Below are positions 40,231 to 57,020 of a DNA stretch of 64,000 nt, in pieces. The stretch is from the human T2T-CHM13v2.0 reference genome, Homo sapiens. The notes beneath the pieces were generated by a model. That model was not told the DNA's origin, did not search any database, and saw nothing but the letters and a program-made list of their open reading frames with translations. Made by a program: the position numbers and the translations under genes. How positions within the stretch are numbered: position 1 is the stretch's first letter; each line of letters opens with the position of its first letter. Where the stretch lies: assembly GCF_009914755.1 (NCBI RefSeq), contig NC_060931.1; one strand, 5' to 3'.

Positions 40231-40507
40231 CTCAGTGAAACAGGAAAACATGAAAACAATAAGTTAAGGGCAAGAATTTATATATAAATAAATGCTAACT
40301 AGAGCTTCCTGAAGGTGCTTTGGGGCAGCCCATAAGCAATATTTTCCAGGCCATTGGGGTCTTCAGGGTTGTCTACCCACCCCTGCTGTCAGTCAAGGGT
40401 AAAAATAAATAACAAAACTGTTCATCACACCTGAAATCAAATATTTTCTCACAGGAATGCCAAATATTTGAACAATTAAATCAAATTGTGAAGATAGTGG
40501 TCTAAGG

Positions 40508-40687
40508 TAAGGGTCAGCAAACTTTTTCTTAAATGTCGCGATAGTAAAGGGTTTTGACTTTGTGATCATGTATGGCCTCTGTTATATACTCACATGTATG
40601 CCCACACACTTACAACTCTTTAAAAATGTAAAATCCATTCTTAGCTCACGGGTCTACAAATTAAGGTTGATAGTTTGCTGACTCCTA
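40508..40687 (+). mobile_element. MER58-type (hAT-Charlie)
   Basis: GGGTCAGCAAACT...AGTTTGCTGACTCC inverted termini; perfect 8-bp TSD GTCTAAGG. Confidence 0.85.
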
Positions 40688-41243
40688 GTCTAAGGTGTAG
40701 AGGAAAGTTTGCAACTCACGAAAAATATTGTTAACTTCCTAAGTCCCATGGGCCTTGATGCATACATCAGGAGCAGGTGCAGCTACACTGCCTCTCGGGT
40801 GGCAGTGGATGCAGTTGATGAGGAATACTTGGTAGTGCTACAATAAGAGTATAAAGAAAAAGGGCTCGATTATTCCAGGTAAGGTAGGGAAAAGGATCAC
40901 GTGGAAATTGATGAGTTGGAATGACATATTTTGAGTATACTTTATACAATCTAAAACAATCACAAAAAGTATAGAGACAGGTAGAGTTAGCTAGAGATAG
41001 AGATGCAGATAGTGGAGATGATTGCTCAGTGACATTAAGGTGTACAGTGTGAAGTTGCTGTTGTCGCAACTGGTTTCAGCTTCCATGGGCCTTTCAAAAT
41101 CTGTGCTTCTAACCAGTCTTAAGAAGTCTAATACTTAAAGTGTTTTTTCATACAAAATCCCCTCAAGTAAACCTTCAGTTTGTAAGCAGCAAAAACAATG
41201 GTCGATTCTAAACTTGTAGGAAACCTTACTTTGCTGGACTTAC

Positions 41244-45040
<3,797 letters not shown>

Positions 45041-45094
45041 CTGTACGTTAGGAATAAGAGAGCCATCAGGTACATATAGATATTTAAGGACCAT

Positions 45095-45480
45095 ATGATT
45101 ATTCATTCATGTGGATCATATTTCTTTAGTGCTTACTACACACTTGAACCTGCCTAGGTATTGGTGTAGATACAGACACATTTCACTTCTGCTCTAATGA
45201 ACTTTGCATTTTAATAGGAAAACAGACACTGAACAAGAATTAACTTGTGTGTAGTTTCAGGATGGAGAGGTTTGTGTTGTCAGTATAGTATAAGATAGCA
45301 GTGCCTAACTAATTCAGTGTGCTCAATAGAGGCTTGGCATGGTGGATGTTAACTAGGCACACGAGCGTGCAGAGTGTGTTCCGTATGGATAGAAGGGCAC
45401 ACATGAAGGACCTGAAGCAGGGAAGAGCAGTCAAGGAACTGGGAAACTGCACTATGGCTAAAGGAGATCATGATGGATGG
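45095..45480 (-). mobile_element. L2 fragment
   Basis: ATTCATTCA...TTTAGTGCTTACTAC...GACACATTTCACTTCTGCTCTAATGAACTT. Confidence 0.55.
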
Positions 45481-45769
45481 GTATACGTCTGTGAAACGAA
45501 TGCATGCTCTCATTCCCAAGAACATTTGCAGTTTGTGCCTAAGTTCCCAGGTAAATGATAGCACCACCATTATCTCTCAAAATGGCCATCATTTGATATT
45601 AAACTCTATGGTCACTATATTTATTAGGGATATAACCTAGGGAAGTGAAAGTCTTTGCAGATGTCATAGAAGCTTATCTATATATATTATATATATATAT
45701 TATATATATATAAAATGCTTTTTGTGAGTTTGATCCTTGATGTATTTTCAAACCCTCCTTTCTCTAAAG

Positions 45770-46052
45770 TAGCACTTTCCAATAGAAGCAAGTTATGAAT
45801 GTATTTTAAATGCTCTAGTAGCCACGTTAAAACAGTAAAAGAAAACAAAATAGTTAAAGTTAATTTAAATAATATATTTCATTTAATCCAATATGTTCAA
45901 AGTATTATCATTTTAACATATAATTGATTTTGTCTTTTGCCTTGAAATGTGTTATTTACTTTATATTTGCCACAACTATCATTTTGAACTGGTCACATTG
46001 TAGGTGCTCAATGACCTCATGGAGGTAGTAGCTGTCATATTGGACAGTGCAG
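45770..46052 (+). mobile_element. MER33-type (hAT-Charlie)
   Basis: GCACTTTCCAATAGAA...TCTAGTAGCCACGTTAAAA...ATATTGGACAGTGCAG. Confidence 0.8.
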
Positions 46053-46356
46053 TATCTCATATCCTTTTTTTGCACCTTTGGTTGAACTGTGGCATGACTG
46101 TAATATTTTCCACTTGGACCTATTAATCAGCCCCACCTTTGTTGCTTTAGCAGTGGAGTTTTGGAGGTTGAAAAGTAATCTGTTTTTAATTATTCATCAA
46201 TGGGGTAGCAACAAGTGATCAAATTCTTCCCAATGACATCATTGTCCACATTTTTATCAATGTCAAGAAGAGGGATTTATCTTCATTTAGTTTTATGAAT
46301 CATATGGGCAGAGTCACACAGATAAAGCCAGGATATTAATCAAAGATACAACATGG

Positions 46357-46699
<343 letters not shown>

Positions 46700-47004
46700 T
46701 CAAGATTGAAAATTTGTTGATATTTTGTCCTCCACACATTGGCTATGTGACCCTGGGCAAGTTTCCCACTGAGGTTAAATCTGTGAAAAATGAAAATAAA
46801 AATAGGTGTACTTGAAATGCCTGACTGAAACAGTTGTGGTGAAAAACAAATGAATGCAATGTTTATGCATGACAGTTTTACTTTTGCGGTGAATAGGTGA
46901 ATAAAGGTTATTTTCAACTTCATTATTTAAAAACAGCAAAAGTTTGCAGATGGCAGATGTAACTTTTATCTTCAGTTTATGAAGGTCAATTTTCAGACAC
47001 CTTA

Positions 47005-47370
<366 letters not shown>

Positions 47371-47924
47371 TGATCCCCTTAGAACCTCAAGACAGAGAAT
47401 GCAAACTAGTGAATGATCCTTGGTTAACAGTTGTCTTTATTTACAGGGACGTTGTCCTGAAAAATTGCTTTCAGAATCTTAAGACAAAGTGATTCATTTT
47501 TTATGGAGGGATTTTATAAGTTGTATTTTAATTTTTTTTAACAAATTTTACTTAATGTGTTCTTTCAAGTGAAAACACCTAAAGTTAGAGATAAAAACAC
47601 AGTAGGGATAACTTAGGTAAACTTGTAATTCTAAATCTCATGGATCACAATTTGCTGCATTTGTGAAATACTTGCATTGAGGAATTATCTGTGGGTATTA
47701 CAGCTCCATGCTGAAGAAGACTCAAGTGTTAATTTGAATTTTTCTTCCCACCTCCCATTGTACCCAGGCCTTATTGGTCATAGTTGAAGGAGGCCACTCC
47801 ATTCTTCCAGACCCCAAAGTACCCTGGTTTGGGAGACACCTATGGCACAATAACTGGGACTTTGACCTACTCTAAATACTTCTTGACTCCTATGTTCTTC
47901 TCTTACATGCCTACTCCTTGTTTT

Positions 47925-48400
47925 TCCTCCTAAATGTACATTTATTATGGTAAAATATACATAACCCACAATTTAACATTTTAACCATTTTAAAGGTATG
48001 ATTCAGTGGCATTAAGTATGTTCACAATGTTGTGAATCTATCACCACTATCCATTTCCAGATTTATTCATCATTTCAAACAGAAACTCTGTATTCATTCA
48101 ACAAGAGATGATTAACATCCTAGTCATGAGGAAAATGCAAATCAAACCCACAGTGAGATACTACTTCATACTTATTATTAATAGCATGGCTACATAAAAA
48201 CAAAACAAAATGAAAAAGAGAATAATAAGTACTGGCTATGACGTCAAAGAATCAGAACCCTGGTATATTACTGGTTAGAATATAAAATAGTGCATCCACT
48301 GTGAAATACAGTTTATCAGTCTCTTGAAAAGTTAAAGATAGAATTACCATATGATGCAGTAATTCCACTGTATGTATATACTCAAAGTACTGAAAGTAAG
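47925..48400 (-). mobile_element. L1MB-type fragment with inverted 5' part
   Basis: 3' UTR on minus (47925-48105) fused to an ORF2 C-terminal piece on plus (AAATGCAAATCAAACCCACAGTGAGATAC). Confidence 0.7.
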
Positions 48401-48922
48401 TTCATGCTCACCACTACCATGGACCTGTTGTTTCTCTACTGGATTTCTCAGAACCACCAACCAAGCTCCACTCATGGCTGCTGCCTGCCCTGAGCCTCAC
48501 ACACCCAGGCACCTAGAGCTCATCTCATTCTTGTTGGAGGTAAAGGAGGGCTTAAAGCCCATTTTATTTTGTTCAGTCACTGAGAGAAAGCAGTCTTTGA
48601 TCCTAGAGTTAACAACCTTCCAATTTCCCCTCAGGACTGAGTGACTTCTGGAGAAGATATTCAGTTCTAAAACTGGCAAAATTTTGGGCCAATCAGGATT
48701 AATTGGTCACCATATTTTGGTCCCCAAAAGAAATACAGCTCTTAAGTTTAAAATTTGTTGCTATTGTTTATCATTTGGTTCTCAATCACACCATTCTTTT
48801 GCCTAGGGAACAGTCCCTTGTCAGAAATGTATCTTGAGGAGAGATGAGTTTAAAAAGTCAGCCACACATGATACCTGACTCTGTCATGGATTTCTTACCT
48901 CTGAGCCCTTGACCTTGTTCTT

Positions 48923-49350
48923 TTCATTTGTGGCAAAGTTAACTTTAGTTTCAGGGGGTATACATGCTTGTTTGTTATGTGGGTATTATATGTACAATGG
49001 TGGGAGTTGGGTTTCTAGTGTACCCATCACCCAAGTATTAGACAGTGTGCCCAATAGGTAATTTTTCTACTCTCACTCCTATCCCTCCCTCCCCATTTTT
49101 GGAGTCCCCAGAATATTTTCTCTTTATCTTTGATAAAGGTGACAAAAATAAACAATGGAGAAAAAACACCCTATTCACTAGATGGTGCTGGGAAAACTGG
49201 CCAGCCATATGCAGAAGAATTAATCTGGACCCATGTCTCTTTCCATATGCAAAAATTAACCCAAGATGGATTAACGACCTAAAAATAAGACCTGAAACTA
49301 TAAAATTCCTAGACAAAACCCAAGGAAAAACTCTTCTGGACATTGGCCTG
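48923..49350 (-). mobile_element. Short inverted L1PB4/L1PA16-17-like insertion
   Basis: 3' end on minus to ~49110, ORF2 piece on plus (TLFTRWCWENWPAICRR); 12-bp TSD GACCTTGTTCTT at 48911 and 49351. Confidence 0.88.
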
Positions 49351-49810
49351 GACCTTGTTCTTGAGTCTGACTCAACTCTTATTGGAAGTTACCAAGTACA
49401 GCCATCCTGGTACACTGTGGTGCAAAACCATAAGGCTCTCTACTTAACAAGGGAACAACATGTAGTTAGGCAGATTCATTGTTGCTTCAGAGCCATAATG
49501 CCTGAACTGAAGTCTTAGCCCTGCTTTACTTTCAACCAGTAAACACTGGTAATTACTGGAGAAATTACCAAATGGTTAATTTCTCCATTTGGTAATGAAA
49601 TGACCACCACAGTTCTATATTTTATTCATCATATAGCATTATTCAAAGTAGAAATTGAGAGAGTGCTGGGTAAAGGCCCTTGTAGGACACTAGCATATCA
49701 GGAAAACACAAAACCTTTTCTCTAGTCCTGGTTTATCTCTTTGGCCAGGACTCCGTCTTTCCCAGCGGCTTACTAGCAAAAAGGACCAAGATCACATGAC
49801 TGATTTTAAC

Positions 49811-50030
49811 CACTGTTTCTCAACCTACATCTTATTACTCCCCAAGAAGCCTTTGTAGATATTTTTTCCAATTACCTCCACTATGAAATGTTCATGTCAT
49901 TGTTCATCATATACTTGTTTTTGTACTATATATATCTGTGTTTTATAAATAAAAATTGTAAGATTTTTTTTTCTTCCCAAGAATCTATTACCATCTCCTT
50001 GGGTTTGATCTCATCCTGTTATGACCTCAT
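49811..50030 (+). mobile_element. MER112-like (hAT-Charlie)
   Basis: CACTGTTTCTCAACCT...GAAGCCTTTGTAGATATTTTT...TATATATATCTGTGTTTTATA. Confidence 0.55.
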
Positions 50031-50482
50031 AGTTTAGATCAATCATGATTCATGCTCTGCACCTGGGTACATTGTGAAAAGAGTAAGTTAACAAAATAGC
50101 GAGGAAGAAGAGGCCCTTGGCTTACATCTATCAGTGTTTGCCACAGGCCACCTTTGGGGTCACTACTTAAATTCAGTATTTATTCACTAGTCACTAACAA
50201 ACATTATTGACTATTTATATCAAGTTTTAAACAGAAGGTGGAGATACAGTGGAAAACCAAACAATTTAAGACATTGTACTCTACTGAACAGTTTGATAGG
50301 GCGTATTCTAAAATGTTTCAGAACCAAAATGTGGCCATATTATGTATAATGGTTTGGGTGATGTAATATAAGATTTCTCTCCTACTTTCTTTGTATATAT
50401 TACACATCAAGTAGTAGGACAGAAAGTGAGTTTGAGGGAAGACCTTTGTTAAAACAGAATTACAAAAATCTAACTCCTGTAC

Positions 50483-50519
50483 ATCATCATCATCATCATC
50501 ATCATCATTATTATTATTA
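50483..50519. repeat. (CAT)n(TAT)n trinucleotide repeat
   Basis: Visible directly in the sequence. Confidence 0.9.
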
Positions 50520-51514
50520 AGGCAAATCATTAAATCTTGTACAGACCTAAAGAGTCATTATCATCATTTGAGTTTTGAGAGTTCATAATCTTCCTTGCAC
50601 ATTATTCAGTTAGTCATTTGATAATTTTAGAGAATTTATAAATCAAGAAGTACTGGTCTCATCACTGAATAAAAGTTGCTGTGAACACCAGAAATAGCAA
50701 CATGTGACTGATAAGAATAGTTTTTAGTTTAGCATTTGTTTTTGACCTTTAACTCTATAAAACTTCAATAATGTTATTTATTTGTCTCCTGCAACTTACT
50801 TAGAAATGCGTGACATTTTAGAAGAATCACTAAAAATACCTTTCCAAATGCTCACCTATATAATCACTTTTACATAATAAAATGTAACATATTGAATTAT
50901 TGTTTGCCTTACAGAATTTTATAATATATGGTCTGTTTTGCTTATATTGTGTTAAAATGAACTCAGTCATTGTAACAGTCAATTCATCTATCAACAACCA
51001 TTACCAAGCCTACCATTTACAAGGTTTTCACATTGAAAGACAGCATGGCTCAGGATTACTTGCTAATTGTGTGGCAGGGACAGTTTGTGAAACAGAAATT
51101 AAGAAAAAGGGGAGACATCAGTGTAGGCTATGGATTCTTAAAAAAGGCTGAGATGGAAAGTCAAAATCCAGGCCATATCTTCCTGGAATAAATCATTTGA
51201 AATGAGAAGAAACACTTTTTAGACATGGTGAAAAAGAAAAACAAAAACAAAAACGAAGACTGAGATTTCTGTGTGTGTTTGGGATGGGAGATTTGTGAGG
51301 GCATGTCCACCTGGAGACCATTCAGACAGGAATGCTTTTCGCATGGCACTTCTGTTCTGCCACAAAAGTGCTACCAAAGGCAAAGAGGTTAAAAATCCTG
51401 CCCAAACAGGTTTTCCCTCTGTCTTCATGGAGGCAAGAATGGATTGGAGTAAGCCAATGAGCAGTGACCTGGTACTGAGTGCCCAGCGGAGTTCATTTAC
51501 CGCCTGCACCTCAC

Positions 51515-52535
51515 CTGGTTCTGCTTCAAGAAAGCCTGGACATGCCCACAAGCAAGCTTTGTCCGGTAGGGGATCAAACCTTTCTTCCAAACCTACTGCA
51601 CCTCTTCATGTGTCCTTTTCTCCTTATCAAGTAAAGTAGGCTTGAGGTCCTTTGAACCTTCAAATGCATATGAATATTAAGGACAATTGGATTCCTGCAT
51701 TACTCATGCTTCTGCCACTTACCCACCGAACAGTACAAGTGTGTGAGATGCTCAGGGTCTGTCTGGAACTCCTGTTTTCCCCCTCTCTGCCTAGAGGACT
51801 AGAATATTCAGTTGTATATTTTAAGAGATTTGCTTTATCTTGAATCTGCAGGCATTCATCACCATATGCAGCAGCTTGAAAAATAATTATATTCAAAAGA
51901 CATGGAGCATTCCACATCACACTGCCAAGCAGAGATTAGAAGGGAAACCTACAGGCTTATTGGAATATCTGGATTTTGAGACACTAAAGGCCAGATATCA
52001 GACATTTCCCTACACTATTTACATTATATATGTGTGTGTGTGTGTATATATGTATATAACCTAATTTAAATTATAATTATATTATTCTAATTATAGTTTA
52101 ATAATATGTAATTAAACTACATATAACTTAATTTAAATTTAATACTAAAAATAAAGAAAAAATATAAAAATGGCTTACACACATGCTAAGAATCTGTTCT
52201 CTTCACTTTTGTAAATATTTCCTCCTTCAACTTAACTCTGTACCCCTTCCCATACTGCACAACTCACCTTCCTGGTAGATAATTGTCCGAAATCTCTGCC
52301 CCATGCGTGTGGGATTGGGAGGAGGCTGTGATTTTCTCCCATGCCCCCACTGCCCAGTGCTGCTGTAGGTTTGTTGTCCTCCTTCTAAGTAATATCCTGG
52401 TAAAATATTCTGAGCAATATTGAAACTAAGTGAAAATCACTGAAGACTTACATTTTTTTCCAGTCTGAGATAGCCGTATGATAATATCTTACTGCTAAGT
52501 GAGTAGATATCAAAATGAAAAAAAATCATTAAAAT
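51515..52535 (-). pseudogene. Pseudo-exon cluster, RGS-like unit 3
   Basis: Exons 52452-52535 (GTAAGT), 51791-51874 (donor GCAGAG) and 51515-51657 (GTGAGG). Reads YFNDFF..(frameshift)VRYYHTAISDWKK|AAYGDECLQIQDKANLLKYTTEYSSPL|GSKDLKPTLLDKEKRTHEEVQ*VWKKGLIPYRTKLACGHVQAFLKQNQ. Confidence 0.72.
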
Positions 52536-54389
52536 CTGACAGTTAAAAAAGATTGAGTATTCATCACGACCAAAACCTTCATTTTATCTATGAGAAATCT
52601 GAGGCACAGAGCACTGTATGATTAGGTCTACAAGAACCTGATAGTCAGTCATGATTAGAGCACAATACACACTTAGTTGTTTTTCTCTAACTAATATCTA
52701 TGGTTTCTGTATAAGCTAGACATATTTAATCAATGAGGAAGACATTATATTTAATTTAAAAGAAACAGCTAGAAAGAAAGAGAGTGGGACAAAGTGAGAA
52801 AGCCAAACAGTTACTTGTTGAAGGATGGTTTTTTGGTTTTATATTACTGGCAGTAGAACGCAGAAGAGAAACTCAGGAAAGAAAGGCATGTATATCAGAT
52901 TTCATTTGAAAAATCAGCCATATCATGAAAATAGAAAAGGTTAAACAGTTATTGAGCATTGGATGAATGCTGGGTCATGTATATGTTAGTGTTCATTTCA
53001 GTTTCATTAACATATTGTTACTATTTAACACATTTAAAATGCATTGTATAGCTGTAAACATATTGGAAGGAATTACGCTAAGTGATTTTTTCAACATCAA
53101 ATAATTATCCACTAGCAGGTCTCTTTGACTCTGAAGTTCTTGTTCTTCCTACTACACTCTGCTATCTCTAAAAGGAATTTCAAATCTTGGATGAATTCCT
53201 CACTGCAACTTTCAATTTCACTTTGTAAAGTTTACTATTGTTGTTGTTATTGTTGCTACTGTTTTACAAATACTGTTTTACCTAAAACTTCACGCATTTG
53301 TCATTATGTAACTTTTAAGATATTGCATGTGACCTTGGAATTTTATTGGTGTCTAGAAGAAAGGGATTAGGAGCAGGTTCTGTGGCCTTGCCTGTTGCCT
53401 CATACCTCAGGATTTGTCCCTTGGCCTAATCTTTTTGGCAAAGGTAGCTCACAAAGCTATGAGGATTTTTCTTATCCTAGGGCTAAGATGAAAGAGAATA
53501 CAACCAAGGACCTCGCACCTCACTGTTGAGTCTACTTACTTAGGAATGAATAACTGAGATGCAGCTGCATGAGGGAATGGAAACCCATCGCTCACCTTAA
53601 GGGGAGTGTGACTAACAGGCATGAAAGCTGAAGGCTGTCAGAGCCCATGGCTCCTCCAAGCCCACACTCACCTCTGCATCATCACTGGCGACCACACTGT
53701 CCCAAACACAGGGTGACGGGGATATCAGAAACAGCACTTGGAGTCACAGATGTCTGTTATGCAGTTGCTGAGTGTACTGCTCTAGTTAGTGCCTCATATC
53801 CTTTCATAAAGCTTGATGAACTTAAGACTGCACAGAGCCTATGGTGTCTCAGGGGTTTGGTTGTTAACCAGAACCCAAAACCACTGAAATGGTTGAACAG
53901 AGTGTCTGTGGCAGTGACATATTCGGTGTTCACATTGAAACTGTGCATACACAGTTTGCAAAACACATCATGCCACTCAAGGAATGCACATTTTGGCCAG
54001 TTTGGGGGTCTGATAGCCCTTCTCCCAGAGGTGTTCATTAAGAAAGGACCAGGCCCGGTCACTGTTCTGACCTTGGCGTTTCTTCCCAACTTTTTCTCCA
54101 CTTTGATTATTGCCAAACTTTCAGATTATTCAAAAATATATTTGGGTGCCTCTCACTTCCTCAACTGTTTTATTTTCAATAACTTTTTTTGTCCTTTTCC
54201 TTCACTACCTAGTCACATCCCAAATCTTGCCATTACTCTAGAAACTATACCAGTGCAGAAGTGTTCATTTCAAACAAGTTACAACCATTCCAATGTACCT
54301 GTTGAGGTGCACAGATGAATAAATCTCTGACTTCATGAAGACTCGCTTGGTGTCCTACTTCTCTTTCTACCTATCTTTAAATAAATGTA

Positions 54390-54725
54390 ATAATAAACAA
54401 TGTACTATTTTTCATCTGACTTCTTTTGCTCAATATAATGTTTATGAGGTTCATTCATATTGTCGCAAATAATTACTATTTATTCATGCTCATATTTCTA
54501 TAATATTCCATTTTAAAATAACAAATTTTATTTAATAATCCTCTTCTTATTGGGAATTTGACTCATTTCCAGATTTCAGTTATTACAAAAAGTGCTGCTA
54601 TGTCCATTTTTCCACATGCATTTTAGTAAACCCTATATATATGTATATACAATTCTGTTTGGTTTATTCATAGGAAGGGAATGATAGGGTCATGGGACTT
54701 GCATACGTTCAGCTTTTGTAGGTAA
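54390..54725 (-). mobile_element. L1ME-type 3' fragment
   Basis: GACTTCTTTTGCTCAATATAATGTTTATGAGGTTCATTCAT motif. Confidence 0.7.
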
Positions 54726-54904
54726 AGCTTTTGTCTTTTGAAGGTCCGTTTGCATAGTCTGAAGATGTTTCTAACACCTCCACACTTTTGTTTGATCAAT
54801 GACTAAGTCATCGTGTAGGTTGCAATCATATCTAATGAGTAAAATGTCCATAATACAAACAAGGAATGCCATTTGGAGGTGGAGTTGCATGAATATTTAC
54901 TTAC

Positions 54905-56296
54905 AAAATAGATAGGCTTTTTATGTAACATCCATGGAATTTCTCCTTATGTGCATTTCTTTTTGTAAACATCTTCTCATTTGGTTGAAGTGTAAAAGTA
55001 CATTTACTAGAAGAGTAAAATACTTCAATAATTAAAGAAGATAGTGAAAACTGTGAATTTACCTTCAAAATGATCATTAAGATCTTCAAACACTTAACTA
55101 GGGAAACAGATTAGAGTCACTGCAAATATTGAGAGTGTGTGAAATTACACAAAGGATCACGTTGCCAAATTGGATTCACAAGATTCTAAGATCTCAACCA
55201 ATACCAAGCTGGGCTAATAATTTCCAGGATAGAAGCAAACACAGGCACAGAAGAAGCAGGAGAGATCTAGCTGGCATAGCAACCCAGGTCCTTTCCTGTT
55301 GCCCTAGGATTAATTCTCAGTGATTCAAATAAAGAGGTTATTTGAAAAGGTAATGTTGGCAGCCACATTACTAACATAAAGTGAATCTGTCTTAGCTATG
55401 AAATTTCACCATTGTATACTCAGGTATTTACAGAACTTACGTGGCATTTTTATTAGGGGATCTTTCTCCATAAAACCATCGATTCCAGGTTGGTTTATTA
55501 TAATCAATCCTAGACACTCAAGGACATACCTTTGAAAACATTCCGTAAGTAAGAACTCTCTTACTAGCAAATACTATTTGTATACTTACCAAACAGAGTG
55601 TTAATATGTTTACATGAAGATATATCCTATCACCTTTTTTCTATGTTTCTTGGCTATGTTACATCTGGCAAAGCAAGAAAATGAATAGTAGTTCAGCTGC
55701 TAAGCCTTTTCTTCTCATGATATTAGCTAACTAAGTTATGGAAGAATACTAAATATTTAAGCAAAATGTGTGTAAAACATAAGCAATACAAGGCAGAAAA
55801 GTAGCAATTAAATTAATCATAATTGCAATGTTTGTAAAATGGTTTTGTATTTTAGCATAAAAAAATTACATGAGATAATATTTTGAAACTCTAAATTTTA
55901 GTTATTCAATTCTACTTAGGCAATCTATTTTTAAATAAAAAGTCCTATTCTCAACAAAGAGAATAATTTTCACCTTACTATTTTAAGAATTTACAAAGGA
56001 AAGAACTGCAAATCTATTAATAAAGGCCATTATAAATTATTTATTATTCAAACATAGTAATGAATTCATTGTATGAATGAGAGAAGGAAATGTTAGAGAA
56101 TATTAATAATGAAATTTTTTTCTTGCAAGCTTCAAAAACACTAGACTTTTGACATTACTTTAAACTATTAATCTTTATAGTTTTGAGTCAATGGAAGCTT
56201 ATCAAAATGCTTTATACACTTTCACTTTTTTAGTTATTATAAGCAAAGGATTTTTGAAATTTGACTAAACTACGGATCTAAGCAAAAAGTTTTCTC
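54905..56296 (-). pseudogene. Pseudo-exon cluster, RGS-like unit 2 and start of unit 3
   Basis: Exons 56226-56296 (CTAAC branch point and strong pyrimidine tract), 55979-56013, 55590-55664, 55441-55509 and 54905-55006; the last three have GTAAGT donors. Reads RKLFA*IRSLVKFQKSFAYNN*K|NLQFFPL*ILKI|M*HSQET*KKGDRIYL... and later NSMDVT*KAYLF|. Confidence 0.78.
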
Positions 56297-56342
56297 CTGA
56301 AAAAGTAACAGAAAAACATGGTTAGAAATTGTGTTATGATGT

Positions 56343-56343
<1 letters not shown>

Positions 56344-56377
<34 letters not shown>
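56344..56377. repeat. (CA)n microsatellite
   Basis: Perfect CA run. Confidence 0.95.
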
Positions 56378-56379
<2 letters not shown>

Positions 56380-56519
56380 AAAAGGTTTAGTGATTTTTAA
56401 AAATGGATCATCAAAAAACATTCAGGGCAAAATGGCTTAATGTTCAAACTAATGATGTGTCTTCTTTTAGCATACTATAATTGATCAAGTATTTATAGAA
56501 TTAAATAATAAAGGGTCAA

Positions 56520-57020
56520 CCAATTATTATTATTTTACTAACTGAGTATTAACTGCATCATTCATGGTGTGAGGCACTGTTGTATCCCTGGGGATTAAGA
56601 TGAATAAAACAAAACAAAAGCAAAAACAGCCAGCCATCCCTGCCCATGGAGCTTTTATTTTAGAAGACAGACTCAAATAGTATGCATAATTAAATGAATG
56701 AACTGTATGTTAAAATGACATTAGTGCTATAGCTAAAAAAAAATAACAATAATAAAAGCATGTTTCTCCTTGGGAAATCAAGAGAGGAGAAAGACCTATT
56801 AATGTGAAACAGAGTGGTCAGAGTAGGATCCCAATAACTGTTGCATTTAAGTTACCTACATGAATATGTAAAAGAAGTGTTTTACAGGCAGAAGGTATAG
56901 TATTTGGTAAGCCTCTGAGGTAAGACTTTGCTTGCCTTGTTAAATAGTGAATAAAACTATAGAGCTAGATACATTGAATGATAGGGAGAGAAGAGAGAAG
57001 AGTCAGAAAGCTAGCAAGGA
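56520..57020 (-). mobile_element. L2 fragment
   Basis: GTGAGGCACTGTT...GATGAATAAAAC...CCCTGCCCATGGAGCTT. Confidence 0.6.

Larger units (their letters stand above)
47579..50855 (-). pseudogene. Pseudo-exon cluster, RGS-like unit 4 (one exon split by L1PB-type element)
   Basis: Exons 50800-50855, 50386-50443 (LSYYLMCNIYK, same spacing as RGS IEFWLACEEYK), 49363-49439 joined to 48899-48922 (donor AG|GTAAGA; LPIRVESDSRTR), and 47579-47710 (QMQQIVIHEI*N). Confidence 0.65.

Noticed and set aside
51120-51182. Acceptor followed by KIWPGF (similar to an RGS22 C-terminal helix)
   Set aside because: Phase does not match the preceding exon and no donor could be fixed; possible but unsupported.
55007-55062. 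56-bp GT-AG micro-intron on the minus strand
   Set aside because: Too short for a normal human intron, and the acceptor is better explained by the donor at 55440.
54905-55664. Alternative readings as LRR exons or C-type lectin (WIDYNKPTWNRW)
   Set aside because: No LxxLxLxxN pattern or lectin cysteine framework; flanking exons support RGS frames.
56270-56296. EKTFCLDP, resembling a chemokine CLDP motif
   Set aside because: It is followed at once by a stop, and another frame fits the neighbouring exon phases and RGS motifs better.
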